Positions 43,448 to 54,749 of a DNA stretch of 64,000 nt are shown piece after piece. Under the pieces are notes generated by a model. The model saw nothing but the letters and a program-made list of their open reading frames with translations, had not been told where the DNA came from and ran no database searches. Numbering within the stretch: position 1 is the stretch's first letter; the number at the start of each line of letters is the position of its first letter. The stretch is from an uncultured Candidatus Berkelbacteria bacterium (GTDB lineage Bacteria; Patescibacteriota; UBA1384; CAILIB01): contig CAILIB010000040.1 of assembly GCA_903834195.1 (NCBI GenBank), positions 7,297 through 71,296 on the forward strand. The letters are read 5' to 3'. Made by a program: the position numbers and the translations under genes.

Positions 43448-44062
43448 ATGAAGATTGCTCAAACCAAAGTTATTTACGGCATTGCCGCTGGCACAATAGC
43501 AGCATCCAGTGGCTATCTATACTACACGTCTAAAGATAATGGCGCTCTTGCTGCCGATATCCCTACAAGCTGTCCATCAATTTCAAAAGGAGATATAGTT
43601 CGCACGCTCTACTTCAAACAAAGCGACGCAACGTATGTTAACGGAAATATGGGACCAGAACTAAGCAAGGGACCATATATTGATGGTGCTCAATTTGTAA
43701 AATTTGATGGGAATATTTACCGATTTATAAAGTTTGGTAGTAAAGATGATGGCGTATCCGGAATGTTGCCACTTCACAACAAATCAGATGGAAAGTGGTA
43801 CATCGTATCCAGTGAACCTATTGCAACGGTAAGTAAAACCATAAAGGCACTGACGAAATATGATCAACGAGTATATAGTATGGGCAACACCCCGTTTAAT
43901 GGGTTGTACCGTGTAGATGGAAAAGTAAATAATAAAGGACAGGTAGAAAGTGGCACTATGCTAGTATGCTACTCAAAAGATGGTGGTAAAACGTTGACAT
44001 CTTACCCTGCTATTGATTCAGGGTTTTCACAAGTAACTGTCATTCAAGATCTTGCGAACTAA
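43448..44062 (+). CDS. Hypothetical exported protein
   Basis: 204 aa with N-terminal hydrophobic segment. Confidence 0.65.
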   Translation: MKIAQTKVIYGIAAGTIAASSGYLYYTSKDNGALAADIPTSCPSISKGDIVRTLYFKQSDATYVNGNMGPELSKGPYIDGAQFVKFDGNIYRFIKFGSKDDGVSGMLPLHNKSDGKWYIVSSEPIATVSKTIKALTKYDQRVYSMGNTPFNGLYRVDGKVNNKGQVESGTMLVCYSKDGGKTLTSYPAIDSGFSQVTVIQDLAN

Positions 44063-45060
44063 TTAATCCCTATTAGAGGTAAATACCCCTCGGGATCATA
44101 GACAACATCATAGGCACCCGCTAGCGTAACACGTACCGGATTAAACTTAAGTTTAAAATCGGTAAATGATTGCCACGGGTGCTCTTTGTTATCTGAATTA
44201 GCAATCCCCCACAAATCATAAAAGGCACATTTATGTTCAATGCCTAATTTAATTGCTTCTGCATGACATAAATAAGGTGCCATGTGTTTACGAGCATCGT
44301 AATCAAAACCTCCGAAGAAGTACGTCACCCTATCGGCAAAACATATAACGAGAATCGAGGCAATTGCCATATCTTCTAACTTAGCCGTAATCACAAATGC
44401 TTTTTTAGTACTTCCTAAGTGTTTTTGTATTGAAATAAAATACTCCCACTCTTTGAATTCGAGTGATTTTCGATCAATAGTTTTTTTATAATTTTCATAG
44501 AATTCTACGAAATCTTCGAGCTCGCAACCCGTGTGCGTAGTTACACCATCTCGAAGGGCTATACGGATGTTATACCGCACTTTAGGATGAAATTTTTGAA
44601 TAACATCCTCATAACTACTATTCAGCGGAACTAACCCTGTATCCACTGGCTGCATATTGAGCGGACTGGGCTGAAATTGAGTTAGTGACTCGCCGTAAGA
44701 ATGTAAAAGCCAAGGTTCCATTCGCCAACAAATTCCGTTTTCACGATTTGACAAAGCAGCAACGGCATCGGTTAGAGTACGCAAGTCCTGCACATGACTT
44801 TTTAGATGCCACTTTAGTACGGGACCCTGAGGAGAGTAAAAAAACATTTTTTTATTTTCCATTCTTGAACCTAAAATAAGCGCAGCCGCTACGAGTTTAT
44901 TCTTGCGACGAATAGCGATCTGAAATATTTCCCAGCCCTCATCTTTTTTAACCTTTGCCCATGCTGAAGTCTGCATAAACCCTGAATAACCTGTTGAAGC
45001 AACAAAAGAATCCCATTCTGTAGCATTCAGTTCTTCAACAATCACATGTGTTTCCGACAT
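44059..45060 (-). CDS. FemABX/MurM-family peptidoglycan bridge aminoacyltransferase
   Basis: FMQTSAWAKVK, YSPQGP, KVRYNIRIA, YDLWG, FKLKF. Confidence 0.9.
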   Translation of the reverse strand: MSETHVIVEELNATEWDSFVASTGYSGFMQTSAWAKVKKDEGWEIFQIAIRRKNKLVAAALILGSRMENKKMFFYSPQGPVLKWHLKSHVQDLRTLTDAVAALSNRENGICWRMEPWLLHSYGESLTQFQPSPLNMQPVDTGLVPLNSSYEDVIQKFHPKVRYNIRIALRDGVTTHTGCELEDFVEFYENYKKTIDRKSLEFKEWEYFISIQKHLGSTKKAFVITAKLEDMAIASILVICFADRVTYFFGGFDYDARKHMAPYLCHAEAIKLGIEHKCAFYDLWGIANSDNKEHPWQSFTDFKLKFNPVRVTLAGAYDVVYDPEGYLPLIGIN

Positions 45061-45209
45061 TTAGTGCATTTAAATAAAGACAGCACCGAATAGTGCTGTC
45101 TTTATTTTGCCAAGTTCGCTAGGTTTCGCAAGGGCAATCTGCTCACGAGAGTATGCCCTCACTTATATCAGAATTATCGCATATTGTCAATAGAAGATGG
45201 CTCTAGAAG

Positions 45210-45722
45210 CTATAATTCCTCGTCTCCATAAATACCAAAGTAGAGCATAATAGCCACAGGTGCAATGAGAACCCAATCACGATACTGGTAAATATACGGT
45301 GCAATTTTTGAACTATCGAGCACAGTTTGTCGAATTGGATCTGGTAGAAACAGTAAAATAAATAGCAAGGCAAGCACAACTGTTGATACCGAATACGCTA
45401 CCACTTCAACAACCGAGTATCGCGCTCGCTTCCCACCCAACTTCAAAAAAGCTGAAATTAAAAAGGTAAATAGAACAAGCAAAACTCCCTGTACAACATA
45501 TGGAGTTGCATTTGCTTTAATCCAAACCTGATTAAAAAGTACACGATCCCCGCTAAATAACTGCGCGATACGATCACCCCAACTTGAAGCCACGAAATAG
45601 GAAATGTAAACGCTAACGAGCGTTGCAAGCGCTTTGTGACGACGAAGTATTAGACTATACGCCAAAAGCAACGCAAGTGCAGCTAAAATCGCAATGTCCC
45701 AGGACAGAGTCTTCATATACAT
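45210..45722 (-). CDS. CvpA-like membrane protein
   Basis: About 5 TMs, SSKIAPY motif reminiscent of CvpA. Confidence 0.45.
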   Translation of the reverse strand: MYMKTLSWDIAILAALALLLAYSLILRRHKALATLVSVYISYFVASSWGDRIAQLFSGDRVLFNQVWIKANATPYVVQGVLLVLFTFLISAFLKLGGKRARYSVVEVVAYSVSTVVLALLFILLFLPDPIRQTVLDSSKIAPYIYQYRDWVLIAPVAIMLYFGIYGDEEL

Positions 45723-45802
45723 TTAGTATGCAGGTGGGGGTACGAGAAATCAACCGGATTGTGTTACGTTCTCAGTTCTGATATAGACGAATCAGGAGAA
45801 AC

Positions 45803-46114
45803 TTGATGATGAACTTAATTCCTCTCAATCAGGCAACTCCGACACAAATTCGAAGTTGCCATCTTATCGTACATCTTGGAATAGCGTATTTTACTCTCCA
45901 AGAACAACCTCGACTTTCGCAATTAATGACATTCGCTGAAAATCCGGAAGTTGCAATAGAATTTCTCTACAAAGTCCTCCCAAAATTTACCGAGGAGGAT
46001 ATCATATCCGGACTCGATCCCTTACCAGAATCACTCCCTGGTGAAGTTCACCTTATTCTCAATGATGGATGTACTTCAATCCTAGTCTGCACAATTAGCG
46101 GATTTGGTATTTAA
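45803..46114 (+). CDS. Hypothetical protein
   Basis: 103-aa ORF with AGGAG upstream and terminator downstream. Confidence 0.5.
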   Translation: MMMNLIPLNQATPTQIRSCHLIVHLGIAYFTLQEQPRLSQLMTFAENPEVAIEFLYKVLPKFTEEDIISGLDPLPESLPGEVHLILNDGCTSILVCTISGFGI

Positions 46115-46145
46115 AAAGAGCGACCCTGCGGCCGCTCTCTTTTTT
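46113..46145. terminator. Bidirectional terminator ending the dnaK operon
   Basis: aaaaagagcg..cgctctcttttt between convergent genes. Confidence 0.6.
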
Positions 46146-46746
46146 ATCCCTGTAATTTTTTCAACTCTTCGTACAACTCTTTTTCTCTTCGAGAAAGCCT
46201 GCGAGGAATTACGACACGTAATACAATTGTGAGGTCCCCTTTTCCACCCCGATAACTCTTACCCATGCCACGAAAGACAATTTGCTGGCCATCTTGAGTA
46301 CCGGCTGGGATATCCAACGTTACCCGCTCATTCCCTACACGAAGTTCGATTCGATCCCCAATAACTGCTTGAGGTACAGAGATTTGCACTTCAGCTTGGA
46401 TATTAGCAAGTGCAGCGCCGAACATATCGGAAAATATGTCACCGAACCCTCCACCTCCACCAAAGCCAAATCCACTAAAATCAAATCCTTCAGCCTGATT
46501 TGAATAGCCACCTCCAAAGCCACCAGGACCACCCGCTCCCGGCGCAGCGCCAAACGTATCGTAGTGACTTCGCTTTTGAGGATCAGAGAGCGTCTGATAC
46601 GCTTCGTTCACTTTTTTGAACGCCTCTGCATCACCTCCTTTGTCTGGATGAAGTTCGTGTGCTTTCTTGCGAAATGCACGTTTAATTTCATCCTGCGAGG
46701 CAGATTTACTAACTCCTAAGAGACCGTAAAAGTCGTTGGCAGCCAC
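46144..46746 (-). CDS. dnaJ: Short DnaJ (J domain, G/F linker, partial C-terminal domain; no zinc finger)
   Basis: HPDK motif, G/F region, [11 protein letters not shown]; no CxxCxGxG. Confidence 0.9.
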   Translation of the reverse strand: MAANDFYGLLGVSKSASQDEIKRAFRKKAHELHPDKGGDAEAFKKVNEAYQTLSDPQKRSHYDTFGAAPGAGGPGGFGGGYSNQAEGFDFSGFGFGGGGGFGDIFSDMFGAALANIQAEVQISVPQAVIGDRIELRVGNERVTLDIPAGTQDGQQIVFRGMGKSYRGGKGDLTIVLRVVIPRRLSRREKELYEELKKLQG

Positions 46747-46751
46747 CGGTA

Positions 46752-48647
46752 TTACTTCTCTTCGCCTTCAGCATCAGGAGTAGTATCCTCTGCTTTGTCG
46801 GTGTTTGGAGCATCTTCTGGAGTTGACTGTTGCTGATACATGGCAGCGCCAACAATTTGAAGTTTCTCGGAAAGTTGTTCTAGCTTGTGTGTAATCGCTT
46901 CAGCATCTTCACTTGTGTGAACACTTCGGAGCTCAGCAATTGCATCTTCTACCGCACGAACATCTTCTGGCTTTGACTTACCTTCAGCATCTTTGAGTGT
47001 CTTTTCTGCGGTGTAAATGAGTGAGTCAGCGTCGTTACGGGCTTCAACAAGTGCTTTCTTTTTCTGATCTTCTTCAGCATGAGCTTCAGCATCTTGACGC
47101 ATCTTGTCGATTTCAGCATCTGACAACCCAGTTGAAGCAGTAAGGGTTACTTTCTGTTCTTTATTGGTTGCCTTATCAACTGCCTTTACGTGTACGATAC
47201 CGTTGGCGTCGATGTCGAAAGTAACTTCAACCTGTGGAACGCCACGAGGAGCTGAAGGAATACCATCAAGAATAAACTTTCCAAGTGTACGGTTATCACC
47301 AGCCATTTCACGCTCGCCTTGCAGCACGTGAATTTCTACCTGGGTTTGACCATCGGCAGCTGTGGAGTAAACCTGACTCTTTGAAGCAGGGATTGTGGTA
47401 TTACGCTCGATCATACGAGTCATCACTCCACCCATAGTTTCAATACCAAGTGAGAGCGGAGTAACGTCGAGGAGGAGGATATCCTTAGCACTTGAGTCGC
47501 CTGATAGCACACCACCCTGAATTGCAGCACCAAGGGCGACTGCTTCATCTGGATTTACAGAACGGTTTGGCTCTTTACTGAAGTATGCGCGCACTTCTTC
47601 AACAACCTTTGGCATCCGCGTCTGACCACCAACAAGAATAACCTCGTTAATATCTTTTGGCTCAAGTTTAGCGTCTTTAAGTGCCTTCTTTACCGGGTCA
47701 ATACTGCGCTTAACCAGAGATTCAACCAGCTGTTCAAACTTAGCACGAGTAACTTTAAGCACGAGGTGCTTAGGACCAGAAGCATCAGCAGTAATGAACG
47801 GCAGATTTACTTCAGTTTCGTTTGCACTTGAAAGCTCAATCTTTGCCTTTTCAGCAGCTTCTTTAATACGCTGAATTGCATCTGCTTGACCTGTAAGCTC
47901 AAGACCTTCTTGTGTCTTAAACTCTGCCAAAATATGATCCATGAGCGCCTTATCAAAGTCATCACCACCAAGGTGAGTATCGCCATTGGTTGCTAGAACT
48001 TCGAAGGTTGTACGACCATCATCATTTGTCAGTTCAAGAACAGTGACATCAAAGGTTCCACCACCCAAGTCGTACACAACAATCTTTTCGTCTTTCTTGC
48101 GATCCAACCCGTAGGCAATAGCAGCAGCGGTTGGCTCGTTAATGATTTGCTTAACATCAAGACCAGCAATTTTTCCAGCGTTTTTAGTTGCCTGACGCTG
48201 GGCATCATTAAAATACGCAGGAACAGTAATAACTGCTGAATCAACTTTTTCACCAAGATAGGCTTCAGCATCAGCTTTGAGTTTTTGAAGAATCATGGCT
48301 GAGATTTCTTCAGCGGTGTACTCTTTGTCACCCATTTTTACTTCTACAAGATCGTTACGACCCTTGAGAATTTCGTATGGAACGCGCGATTTATCTTCCT
48401 GAGTTTCCTTATCAGTAAACTTACGACCAATGAATCGCTTTACTGAGTAAATTGTATTCTTTGGGTTCGTTGCGGCCTGACGCTTTGCAGGTACACCCAC
48501 TACACGCTCGCCGTCTTTTTTAATTGCAACAATAGATGGAACAGTGTTCTGGCCTTCTGCCGAAGGAATTACCTTAGCAGCGCCGCCTTCCATTACTGAA
48601 ACTACTGAGTTTGTTGTACCAAGATCGATACCAATGATTTTTGCCAT
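46752..48647 (-). CDS. dnaK: Chaperone DnaK
   Basis: [43 protein letters not shown]. Confidence 0.99.
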   Translation of the reverse strand: MAKIIGIDLGTTNSVVSVMEGGAAKVIPSAEGQNTVPSIVAIKKDGERVVGVPAKRQAATNPKNTIYSVKRFIGRKFTDKETQEDKSRVPYEILKGRNDLVEVKMGDKEYTAEEISAMILQKLKADAEAYLGEKVDSAVITVPAYFNDAQRQATKNAGKIAGLDVKQIINEPTAAAIAYGLDRKKDEKIVVYDLGGGTFDVTVLELTNDDGRTTFEVLATNGDTHLGGDDFDKALMDHILAEFKTQEGLELTGQADAIQRIKEAAEKAKIELSSANETEVNLPFITADASGPKHLVLKVTRAKFEQLVESLVKRSIDPVKKALKDAKLEPKDINEVILVGGQTRMPKVVEEVRAYFSKEPNRSVNPDEAVALGAAIQGGVLSGDSSAKDILLLDVTPLSLGIETMGGVMTRMIERNTTIPASKSQVYSTAADGQTQVEIHVLQGEREMAGDNRTLGKFILDGIPSAPRGVPQVEVTFDIDANGIVHVKAVDKATNKEQKVTLTASTGLSDAEIDKMRQDAEAHAEEDQKKKALVEARNDADSLIYTAEKTLKDAEGKSKPEDVRAVEDAIAELRSVHTSEDAEAITHKLEQLSEKLQIVGAAMYQQQSTPEDAPNTDKAEDTTPDAEGEEK

Positions 48648-48652
48648 ATGTA

Positions 48653-49189
48653 TTACTTAGCTGTTGAGACGATTACCATTGCCGGTCGCAAGACGCGATC
48701 GCGCAGAAGGTAGCCTCGGTTCTTAATTTCTACAATGTGATCTTCTTCCATATCTTCACGAACTGCAGTGCCGATTGCTTCATGTTGTGTCGGATTAAAC
48801 CGATCACCAATAGTTGCAGATACTTCTACGACACCAGCGGCATCGAGAACATCGAGGAGTTGCTTACGAATATGGAGAATACCAGCCGTCCAGGGACTAT
48901 TTTTCTGATCTTCTGGCACGTGCTCGGTGGCGCGATAAAAATTATCGACAACAGGGAGGAGTTCAGAGATAAGATCTTCCTGGGCAAAGCGAGTAACCTG
49001 ACGCTTTTCTTCTTCCATACGCTTACGCGCATTTTCAGCATCTGCCAAAGCGCGACGATACAGTGCTTCGTAGTCAGGAGCATCTTCGGCTTGCACCGGT
49101 TCAGCTACATTTTCTTCAACTTCAGACTGGGTGATTTCGTCCTCTTCAGGCATTGGGGGAAGTGTTATGTTCACAGGTTTCTGGCTCAT
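48653..49189 (-). CDS. grpE: Nucleotide exchange factor GrpE
   Basis: [42 protein letters not shown]; start chosen downstream of the promoter. Confidence 0.95.
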   Translation of the reverse strand: MSQKPVNITLPPMPEEDEITQSEVEENVAEPVQAEDAPDYEALYRRALADAENARKRMEEEKRQVTRFAQEDLISELLPVVDNFYRATEHVPEDQKNSPWTAGILHIRKQLLDVLDAAGVVEVSATIGDRFNPTQHEAIGTAVREDMEEDHIVEIKNRGYLLRDRVLRPAMVIVSTAK

Positions 49190-49202
49190 TCGGCCTGTAC
49201 TA

Positions 49203-49233
49203 AATGTAAAGTAAACTTGACATTTGGTCAAGT
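49203..49233 (-). promoter_or_regulatory. grpE-dnaK-dnaJ promoter overlapped by an inverted repeat
   Basis: Minus strand TTGACC-17 nt-TACATT; ACTTGAC-N5-GTCAAGT palindrome at 49215-49233. Confidence 0.6.
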
Positions 49234-49341
49234 CCTTCTCTGATAATTCAAATTTGATTTAGCTAATCTAAGACTAAAAAATTACCTATTCCCGCGTGTA
49301 ATAGAATTGAAGTTCTGTATTCACTGAACTAGGCTCAGCGC

Positions 49342-50727
49342 ATGAACCGATTACACCACATCAATATAATTTGTGCGATCTCAGCTTTTTCAGTAGGCGC
49401 AGCTATTCAAATACTGTTTGAGAAGCCGAGCATTGGAATAGTAACCCTATTACTCGGAGTTACATTAATAATTACTTCATTTAATACCCTGATTACCACA
49501 ATTGGCATTGCCTGCATCGGAGTATCTACTGGATTTTTCTACACATCTATCTGGAGAGCACATCATCAGATTTCATACCCCGAAACATCTCAAGAATTTA
49601 CTGGTTTAGTTACCGGATTACCCCAGACCAAGACAGGCATTACAACAGTTACCGTTCAGCCAACAACTCAAATTGGAAGCACTATATCTGGTATGCACAC
49701 ATCAGGATTGGTATTAATTCATATTCGTGGAACTCCCCTAATTAAATATGGTGACAAAATCTCACTCACCGGAAAAATTACTAAACCAGCTGCCTTTGAT
49801 AATTTTAACTACCCACTCTTTCTTGAAGAGCAAGGAGTGTATGGAATTATTAATGCAACGAATGTTTCAATAACACCTACTCCACTTACCATTTCAAATT
49901 CTTTTGCACGATTCCGTACAGTTATTCGGGATAAGCTTTTTTCAGTATTACCTGGAAAAGAAGGCACACTCCTATCCGCACTTGTAACCTCAGACAAGCA
50001 AACCCTTCCCCAAGATATACTCGATGACCTCACTGCAACTGCAACTACACATCTTGTCACGTTAAATGCATCAACAATTACACTTATTGCATCTTTATTA
50101 ATCTATGTACTGCCAATTACTACAACTCGCCGCAAGTGGTTTGCTGTAAGTATTATTTCGGCATCTGTGTGGGCTTGTTCAGGTTTTCAAGCAACCGTTG
50201 CACGTGCCGGGCTGATGTCATCTGGACATAGCTGGCTACGAACTCGAGGCAGAAGAGTCTGGCCAATTCCATTTCTTAGCCTTGTGATTGCGATTATATT
50301 ATTCAGCAATCCCCTCCTTATCGCTAATACAGCGCTTCAATTAGCAATCTCTGCATACGCTGGGCTAACTTGGTTAAGTCCTCTTATTTCAAAACTTTTT
50401 GATCGAATTACGTTCATCAAGATAATTCCAAAGCCTCTACGAAATGGAATATATTCTGGCATTGCTATCACTATTGCTACCGCACCTGCAAGTCTATGGT
50501 CTTTCGGTCAAGTTTCGATTTCTGGAATAATTGTTAATCCTATTCTAATCCTCTCAATCCCAATTCTCACTCTGGCTGGGCTACTAGTTATACTATGCAG
50601 TTCCATCCCAATTATTTCTAACATAGTTAATACATTTTCCCTCGTACTTGCACGATGTTTTCTAACTGTTCTTCACACCGCCGCAGAAATACCATATGGG
50701 GTAATAAAAATTCCAAGTCATGCGTAA
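49342..50727 (+). CDS. comEC: ComEC membrane/OB (DUF4131 plus Competence) domain protein
   Basis: YGDKISLTG, FDNFNYPLFL, LLSALVTSDK, ARAGLM, SNPLL..LQL. Confidence 0.85.
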   Translation: MNRLHHINIICAISAFSVGAAIQILFEKPSIGIVTLLLGVTLIITSFNTLITTIGIACIGVSTGFFYTSIWRAHHQISYPETSQEFTGLVTGLPQTKTGITTVTVQPTTQIGSTISGMHTSGLVLIHIRGTPLIKYGDKISLTGKITKPAAFDNFNYPLFLEEQGVYGIINATNVSITPTPLTISNSFARFRTVIRDKLFSVLPGKEGTLLSALVTSDKQTLPQDILDDLTATATTHLVTLNASTITLIASLLIYVLPITTTRRKWFAVSIISASVWACSGFQATVARAGLMSSGHSWLRTRGRRVWPIPFLSLVIAIILFSNPLLIANTALQLAISAYAGLTWLSPLISKLFDRITFIKIIPKPLRNGIYSGIAITIATAPASLWSFGQVSISGIIVNPILILSIPILTLAGLLVILCSSIPIISNIVNTFSLVLARCFLTVLHTAAEIPYGVIKIPSHA

Positions 50728-51613
50728 ACCACTGCGCACAATTATTGTGTTTACCTTGGCAATACTCCTGGTTATTTCAGGGTGGAATATCCTCCACACA
50801 AAGTACCAAGTAACTCCCGCACTTGATGTTTGGGCACTGAGTGTTGGCCAAGGAGAAAGTGTATTTCTACATGAAGCATCCGGGCAGAAGATCCTTTTTG
50901 ATGGCGGTCCAAATTCTGATGTACTTTCTGAACTCTCAAGTATTATGCCGTTTTGGGACCACACGCTTGATCTAATCATCGTTTCTCATAATCATGCCGA
51001 TCACCTAGATGGGATGATTGCAGTTCTCGATCATTACACAGTTCGTGAAGCCTGGATTAGTGGTGCAATACAAGATAGCGACGACTACCGAACCTGGCGA
51101 CGCGAATTAAAAGAGAAAAATATCCCTACAAAAATAATGTATGCCGGTCAAACTGAGCAGTTTGGCACAATACAAATACAAACCATTCACCCGATCAATT
51201 CAGAAGAAGGAATTACCCCTAAAGACCAACATGAAGCTACAATTGTTACAAAAATTACGTACCAAAAAAATTCTATACTGTTGACTGGTGACTTAGACGA
51301 GAATCAAGAAACGGATATAATGACGCACTGTCGAGCACCAACATGTTCACTGCAAAGCGACATCTTACAGATTCCACATCACGGATCAAAAACTGGATTA
51401 CTTCCTGCATTCCTCAGCGCAGTAAACCCTAAGGTTGCATTTATCTCAGTTGGTCAACACAACCTGTACCACCATCCAGCCCCAACTACTACTAAAAAGT
51501 TAGATACAGCCCATATAGCTTTCTTCAGGACAGATCTTGATGGCCAGGTGCATTTTGTTCTTTTTGGCGACCATATATCGTACGAAAAAGTTGCAGGGTC
51601 TACACCTCGCTAG
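50720..51613 (+). CDS. ComEC-type metallo-beta-lactamase domain protein (split ComEC)
   Basis: SVGQGES, LFDGG, SHNHADHLDG, LLTGD, PHHGSKT, FRTDLDG. Confidence 0.92.
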   Translation: MRKPLRTIIVFTLAILLVISGWNILHTKYQVTPALDVWALSVGQGESVFLHEASGQKILFDGGPNSDVLSELSSIMPFWDHTLDLIIVSHNHADHLDGMIAVLDHYTVREAWISGAIQDSDDYRTWRRELKEKNIPTKIMYAGQTEQFGTIQIQTIHPINSEEGITPKDQHEATIVTKITYQKNSILLTGDLDENQETDIMTHCRAPTCSLQSDILQIPHHGSKTGLLPAFLSAVNPKVAFISVGQHNLYHHPAPTTTKKLDTAHIAFFRTDLDGQVHFVLFGDHISYEKVAGSTPR

Positions 51614-52104
51614 TTTCTTGGAGCTCGATACGTCTGCGCCCCAATCAGTGCAATCGCCACAGCGTCAGCAGCGTCATCAGGCTTCGGAATCTCCGGAAGT
51701 TTCAGCAACATCTGCACCATCTTCTGCATTTGTTGTTTATCCGCTCGCCCATATCCAGTAAGCGCCTGCTTAATTTCTTGGGGAGTAAACTCAAGCATAG
51801 GTACGCCAGATCGCTCGAGCACATACAACAACACTCCCCGCGCTTGGGAAACCACCATGGCAGTGGTTTGGTTATTCGAGAAAAAGAGCTTTTCCACTGA
51901 GGCAAGCTCTGGTTTGTAGGTATCTATCAAACTTTCGAGACCTTTGGCAATTGCTACTAACCGCTGACTATCAGACATTGTTTTATCGGTAGTAATAACA
52001 CCATAGGCCAAACACTTTGCAGTATGTGCGGAGTGTCGTGCGCCGGTATCTAAAATACCCCACCCAACAATTGCAGTACCTGGATCAAGCCCGAGAACAA
52101 TCAT
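51610..52104 (-). CDS. ruvC: Holliday junction resolvase
   Basis: LGLDPG, VEKLFF, QARGV, TGYGRADKQQM, PDDAADAVAIA. Confidence 0.97.
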   Translation of the reverse strand: MIVLGLDPGTAIVGWGILDTGARHSAHTAKCLAYGVITTDKTMSDSQRLVAIAKGLESLIDTYKPELASVEKLFFSNNQTTAMVVSQARGVLLYVLERSGVPMLEFTPQEIKQALTGYGRADKQQMQKMVQMLLKLPEIPKPDDAADAVAIALIGAQTYRAPRN

Positions 52105-52817
52105 GCAATGTTTGTGTACACGTTAGTAACATCGTCGTACTCTTCCAAGAGATCAACCAGAATTGACACTTTTTCCATGTCTTCTTCAGCAATTTCAATT
52201 GGTGTATTTGGGACATGCTCAATTGCTGCTGACTGAGTAATAAGACCATTCTTTTCGTAGGCATCTTTCAGATGATGCAAGCTCGCAATCGGTACATACA
52301 CGACTGCAAAGTTATCTTCTAATAGGTAGTCGTCAGCCCCTTCGCTAATTGTAAGTTCTTCAAACAGATCAACTTTATCAGCTGGCACTTCTAAACGAAT
52401 CAATCCACGTTGGGTAAACTGATACGCGACACCTCCACCTTCAGCAAAACGTCCACTGTGCTTTACAAATATCTGACGAATATCAGCATTTGCTCGGTTA
52501 CGATTATCGGTCAAAACTTCAACCAGCATTGCCGTATTACCAGGACCAAAGCCTTCATACAACAATTCCTCAACTGCTGCTCCACCTAATTCACCAGTAC
52601 CACGTTTAACAGCACGCTCAATATTATCTTTGGGCATATTTGCGCCACGAGCCTTATCAATTGCAACACGAAGCGTTGGATTCATCGCCGGATCACCACC
52701 ACCACGCCGCGCCGCAACTGTTACATCGTTACCAAGTTTTGTGAACACATTCGAACGCTTGGCGTCTGCCGCTGCCTTCTTGTGCTTAATACTCGCCCAC
52801 TTACTGTGTCCTGACAT
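52101..52817 (-). CDS. yebC: YebC/PmpR family protein
   Basis: MSGHSKWASIKHKK, YEGFGPG, LTDNRNR. Confidence 0.97.
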   Translation of the reverse strand: MSGHSKWASIKHKKAAADAKRSNVFTKLGNDVTVAARRGGGDPAMNPTLRVAIDKARGANMPKDNIERAVKRGTGELGGAAVEELLYEGFGPGNTAMLVEVLTDNRNRANADIRQIFVKHSGRFAEGGGVAYQFTQRGLIRLEVPADKVDLFEELTISEGADDYLLEDNFAVVYVPIASLHHLKDAYEKNGLITQSAAIEHVPNTPIEIAEEDMEKVSILVDLLEEYDDVTNVYTNIA

Positions 52818-52883
52818 AGAAAAAATTTAGGAAACACTTTTTCTTACGCTACCCCAAATCTAGTAGAGACGCAATTCCCTCGT

Positions 52884-54749
52884 CTACTGGGGCGTTGCTC
52901 CAATAAGGTACTGAGCCGGCATTGGCTTGTAGTAACTATTAAACACCTGTGAGTTAATTACTTCACCATTACGAGTAACCGTATAACTTGCAGTTGTCTT
53001 CGCACCAGGAACTGGACCGTCAGTCATACGAATTTGACCCGGTGCCAGAGTGTCTGTTTGTGTATAAATTGGATCTGTTAAGGCTGGGTATGTTTCAAGA
53101 GTTGTAGGTCCTACTACTGAAGCTACACGACCATCAGGAACTCCGAACAAGTTAAAGGTTAACACTGTCCCAACTATCGACGACTGCACATACACAGGGT
53201 GCCCAGTGTCATTCTTCCAGCGAAAATCTGGATGAGGATCATAAATAGTTGCATCAAGACCAGGACCAATGCCGCCACGTTGATAAAACGACACTTCATA
53301 CGAGTGATTCTGTCGCTCAGTAATTGGCAATCCTGCATTCAGTACTGCTCGGAAGAGAGTTGTCGAAACCTGACATAACCCTCCACCATCAGCTGGTACA
53401 GTCGTATTTCCAAGTATTACCAATCCTGGAACATACCCATGAGCCTGATCAATCGGCACCAAGTTAGCTATGGTCGAAAATGTATCACCTGGCTGAACCA
53501 CAACGCCGTTCAACTTTGCTGTACCAACTTTAATATTTGCAGTACGGCTCGATGAACTACCAGAATAATCAGTTTTTGCAGTTCCGATCAATGTAAGTGC
53601 TGTACTTGCACTCGCTGGCACCGCAGCAGGTATAGTCTTTGTACTCGCTGGAATTACATGATCACTACTATTAGCTAAAATAGCATTCGATAAGCTTTGG
53701 AATGTTGGGTCAATTTCCAACTCAACTCCAGGCTTATCAGATAGACTCACCGTTAAGCCGTCACTAACCGGGATCACTACTGCATCAGTTGGTGCAACGT
53801 TCACAGACTTTGCAAATGCAGTGAGAGACGTATCAACAGGAGCAGGATTGAGCGCCAAACTGAGACGCGGAACTCCTGTACCCGGATCTTTTACAACAGA
53901 AGTTACTAACCAACCTGCCATATCTTGAGGCTTGATCGTTAGCTGCTGAGTACCTGATTGAACAGTCCAATTGGTTGAAAGTATTGAGGTTGCCAGGTCT
54001 CGCGCTGCACTCGCATTATCTGCGGTAACTTGTGGCTGTGCCACACCGAGAGTTAAGACTACTTGAGCATTTCCTGTAACAAACGCCTGGTAAAATTTAG
54101 TCTGAAAATCGTCCATAACCAATTCTCTCCCAGCAGTACCATTCACTACTTGTACATTTCCCGGCGCAAAACTGAGTGTGGTTTCTTTTACTGGAGTCTC
54201 AATACTTGATAGTGCAACTGTCGATAGCTTTGCATGAGCAGCTGAAGAAATCGGTGCAAAATCAACATCAAACGTGCGTTCACGCACTACTGCCAAACTC
54301 AGATCTTTAAACTCATTTCCAATACTACCCGCCTTCCCTACAGCATACGCAGCATGTACCGCTGCTTCATTTGAAAAAGTAGGTAACAGATCAGCTACTG
54401 CAATTTTCCAATTCTTATCTCCGTAGACGAGAGTGAGCTGGTTTTTGAGAAAAGCAGTTTCTTTTTCCTGTAATTTAGCATTGGCCTCAAACTCAGTTAA
54501 CCCACCTACATCAACTCCAGAGATTTTTGTATGAGGAAGAATACGCGGAGAATAGTAAAATGCGTAATCTGTTGCAGCTGAAATAATCAGTAGAAGTCCG
54601 CCAGCAATCGAAAAGAAGACAATCTTTTGAAGACGAGTAGCCCGGCGCTTCACCGGCTTTGTCGGCTTTGGCTGCTTCGCTTCCTTTGGCGGCTTAACTT
54701 GCTTAGGAGCAATATCTTCTTTAATTTTCTTGATCTTGCTCATGTGCAA
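52884..54749 (-). CDS. VanW-like protein with PG_binding_4 repeats
   Basis: ISGVDVGGLT, GGGLCQVSTTLFRA, ERQNHSY, GLDATIY, DFRWKNDT. Confidence 0.9.
   Translation of the reverse strand: MHMSKIKKIKEDIAPKQVKPPKEAKQPKPTKPVKRRATRLQKIVFFSIAGGLLLIISAATDYAFYYSPRILPHTKISGVDVGGLTEFEANAKLQEKETAFLKNQLTLVYGDKNWKIAVADLLPTFSNEAAVHAAYAVGKAGSIGNEFKDLSLAVVRERTFDVDFAPISSAAHAKLSTVALSSIETPVKETTLSFAPGNVQVVNGTAGRELVMDDFQTKFYQAFVTGNAQVVLTLGVAQPQVTADNASAARDLATSILSTNWTVQSGTQQLTIKPQDMAGWLVTSVVKDPGTGVPRLSLALNPAPVDTSLTAFAKSVNVAPTDAVVIPVSDGLTVSLSDKPGVELEIDPTFQSLSNAILANSSDHVIPASTKTIPAAVPASASTALTLIGTAKTDYSGSSSSRTANIKVGTAKLNGVVVQPGDTFSTIANLVPIDQAHGYVPGLVILGNTTVPADGGGLCQVSTTLFRAVLNAGLPITERQNHSYEVSFYQRGGIGPGLDATIYDPHPDFRWKNDTGHPVYVQSSIVGTVLTFNLFGVPDGRVASVVGPTTLETYPALTDPIYTQTDTLAPGQIRMTDGPVPGAKTTASYTVTRNGEVINSQVFNSYYKPMPAQYLIGATPQ

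Noticed and set aside
43071..43462. Short minus-strand ORFs with repeated peptides
   Set aside because: Translation of the non-coding hairpin repeats.
52884..54749. Vancomycin resistance locus
   Set aside because: Only a VanW-like domain, widespread outside van clusters; no vanHAX or vanRS.
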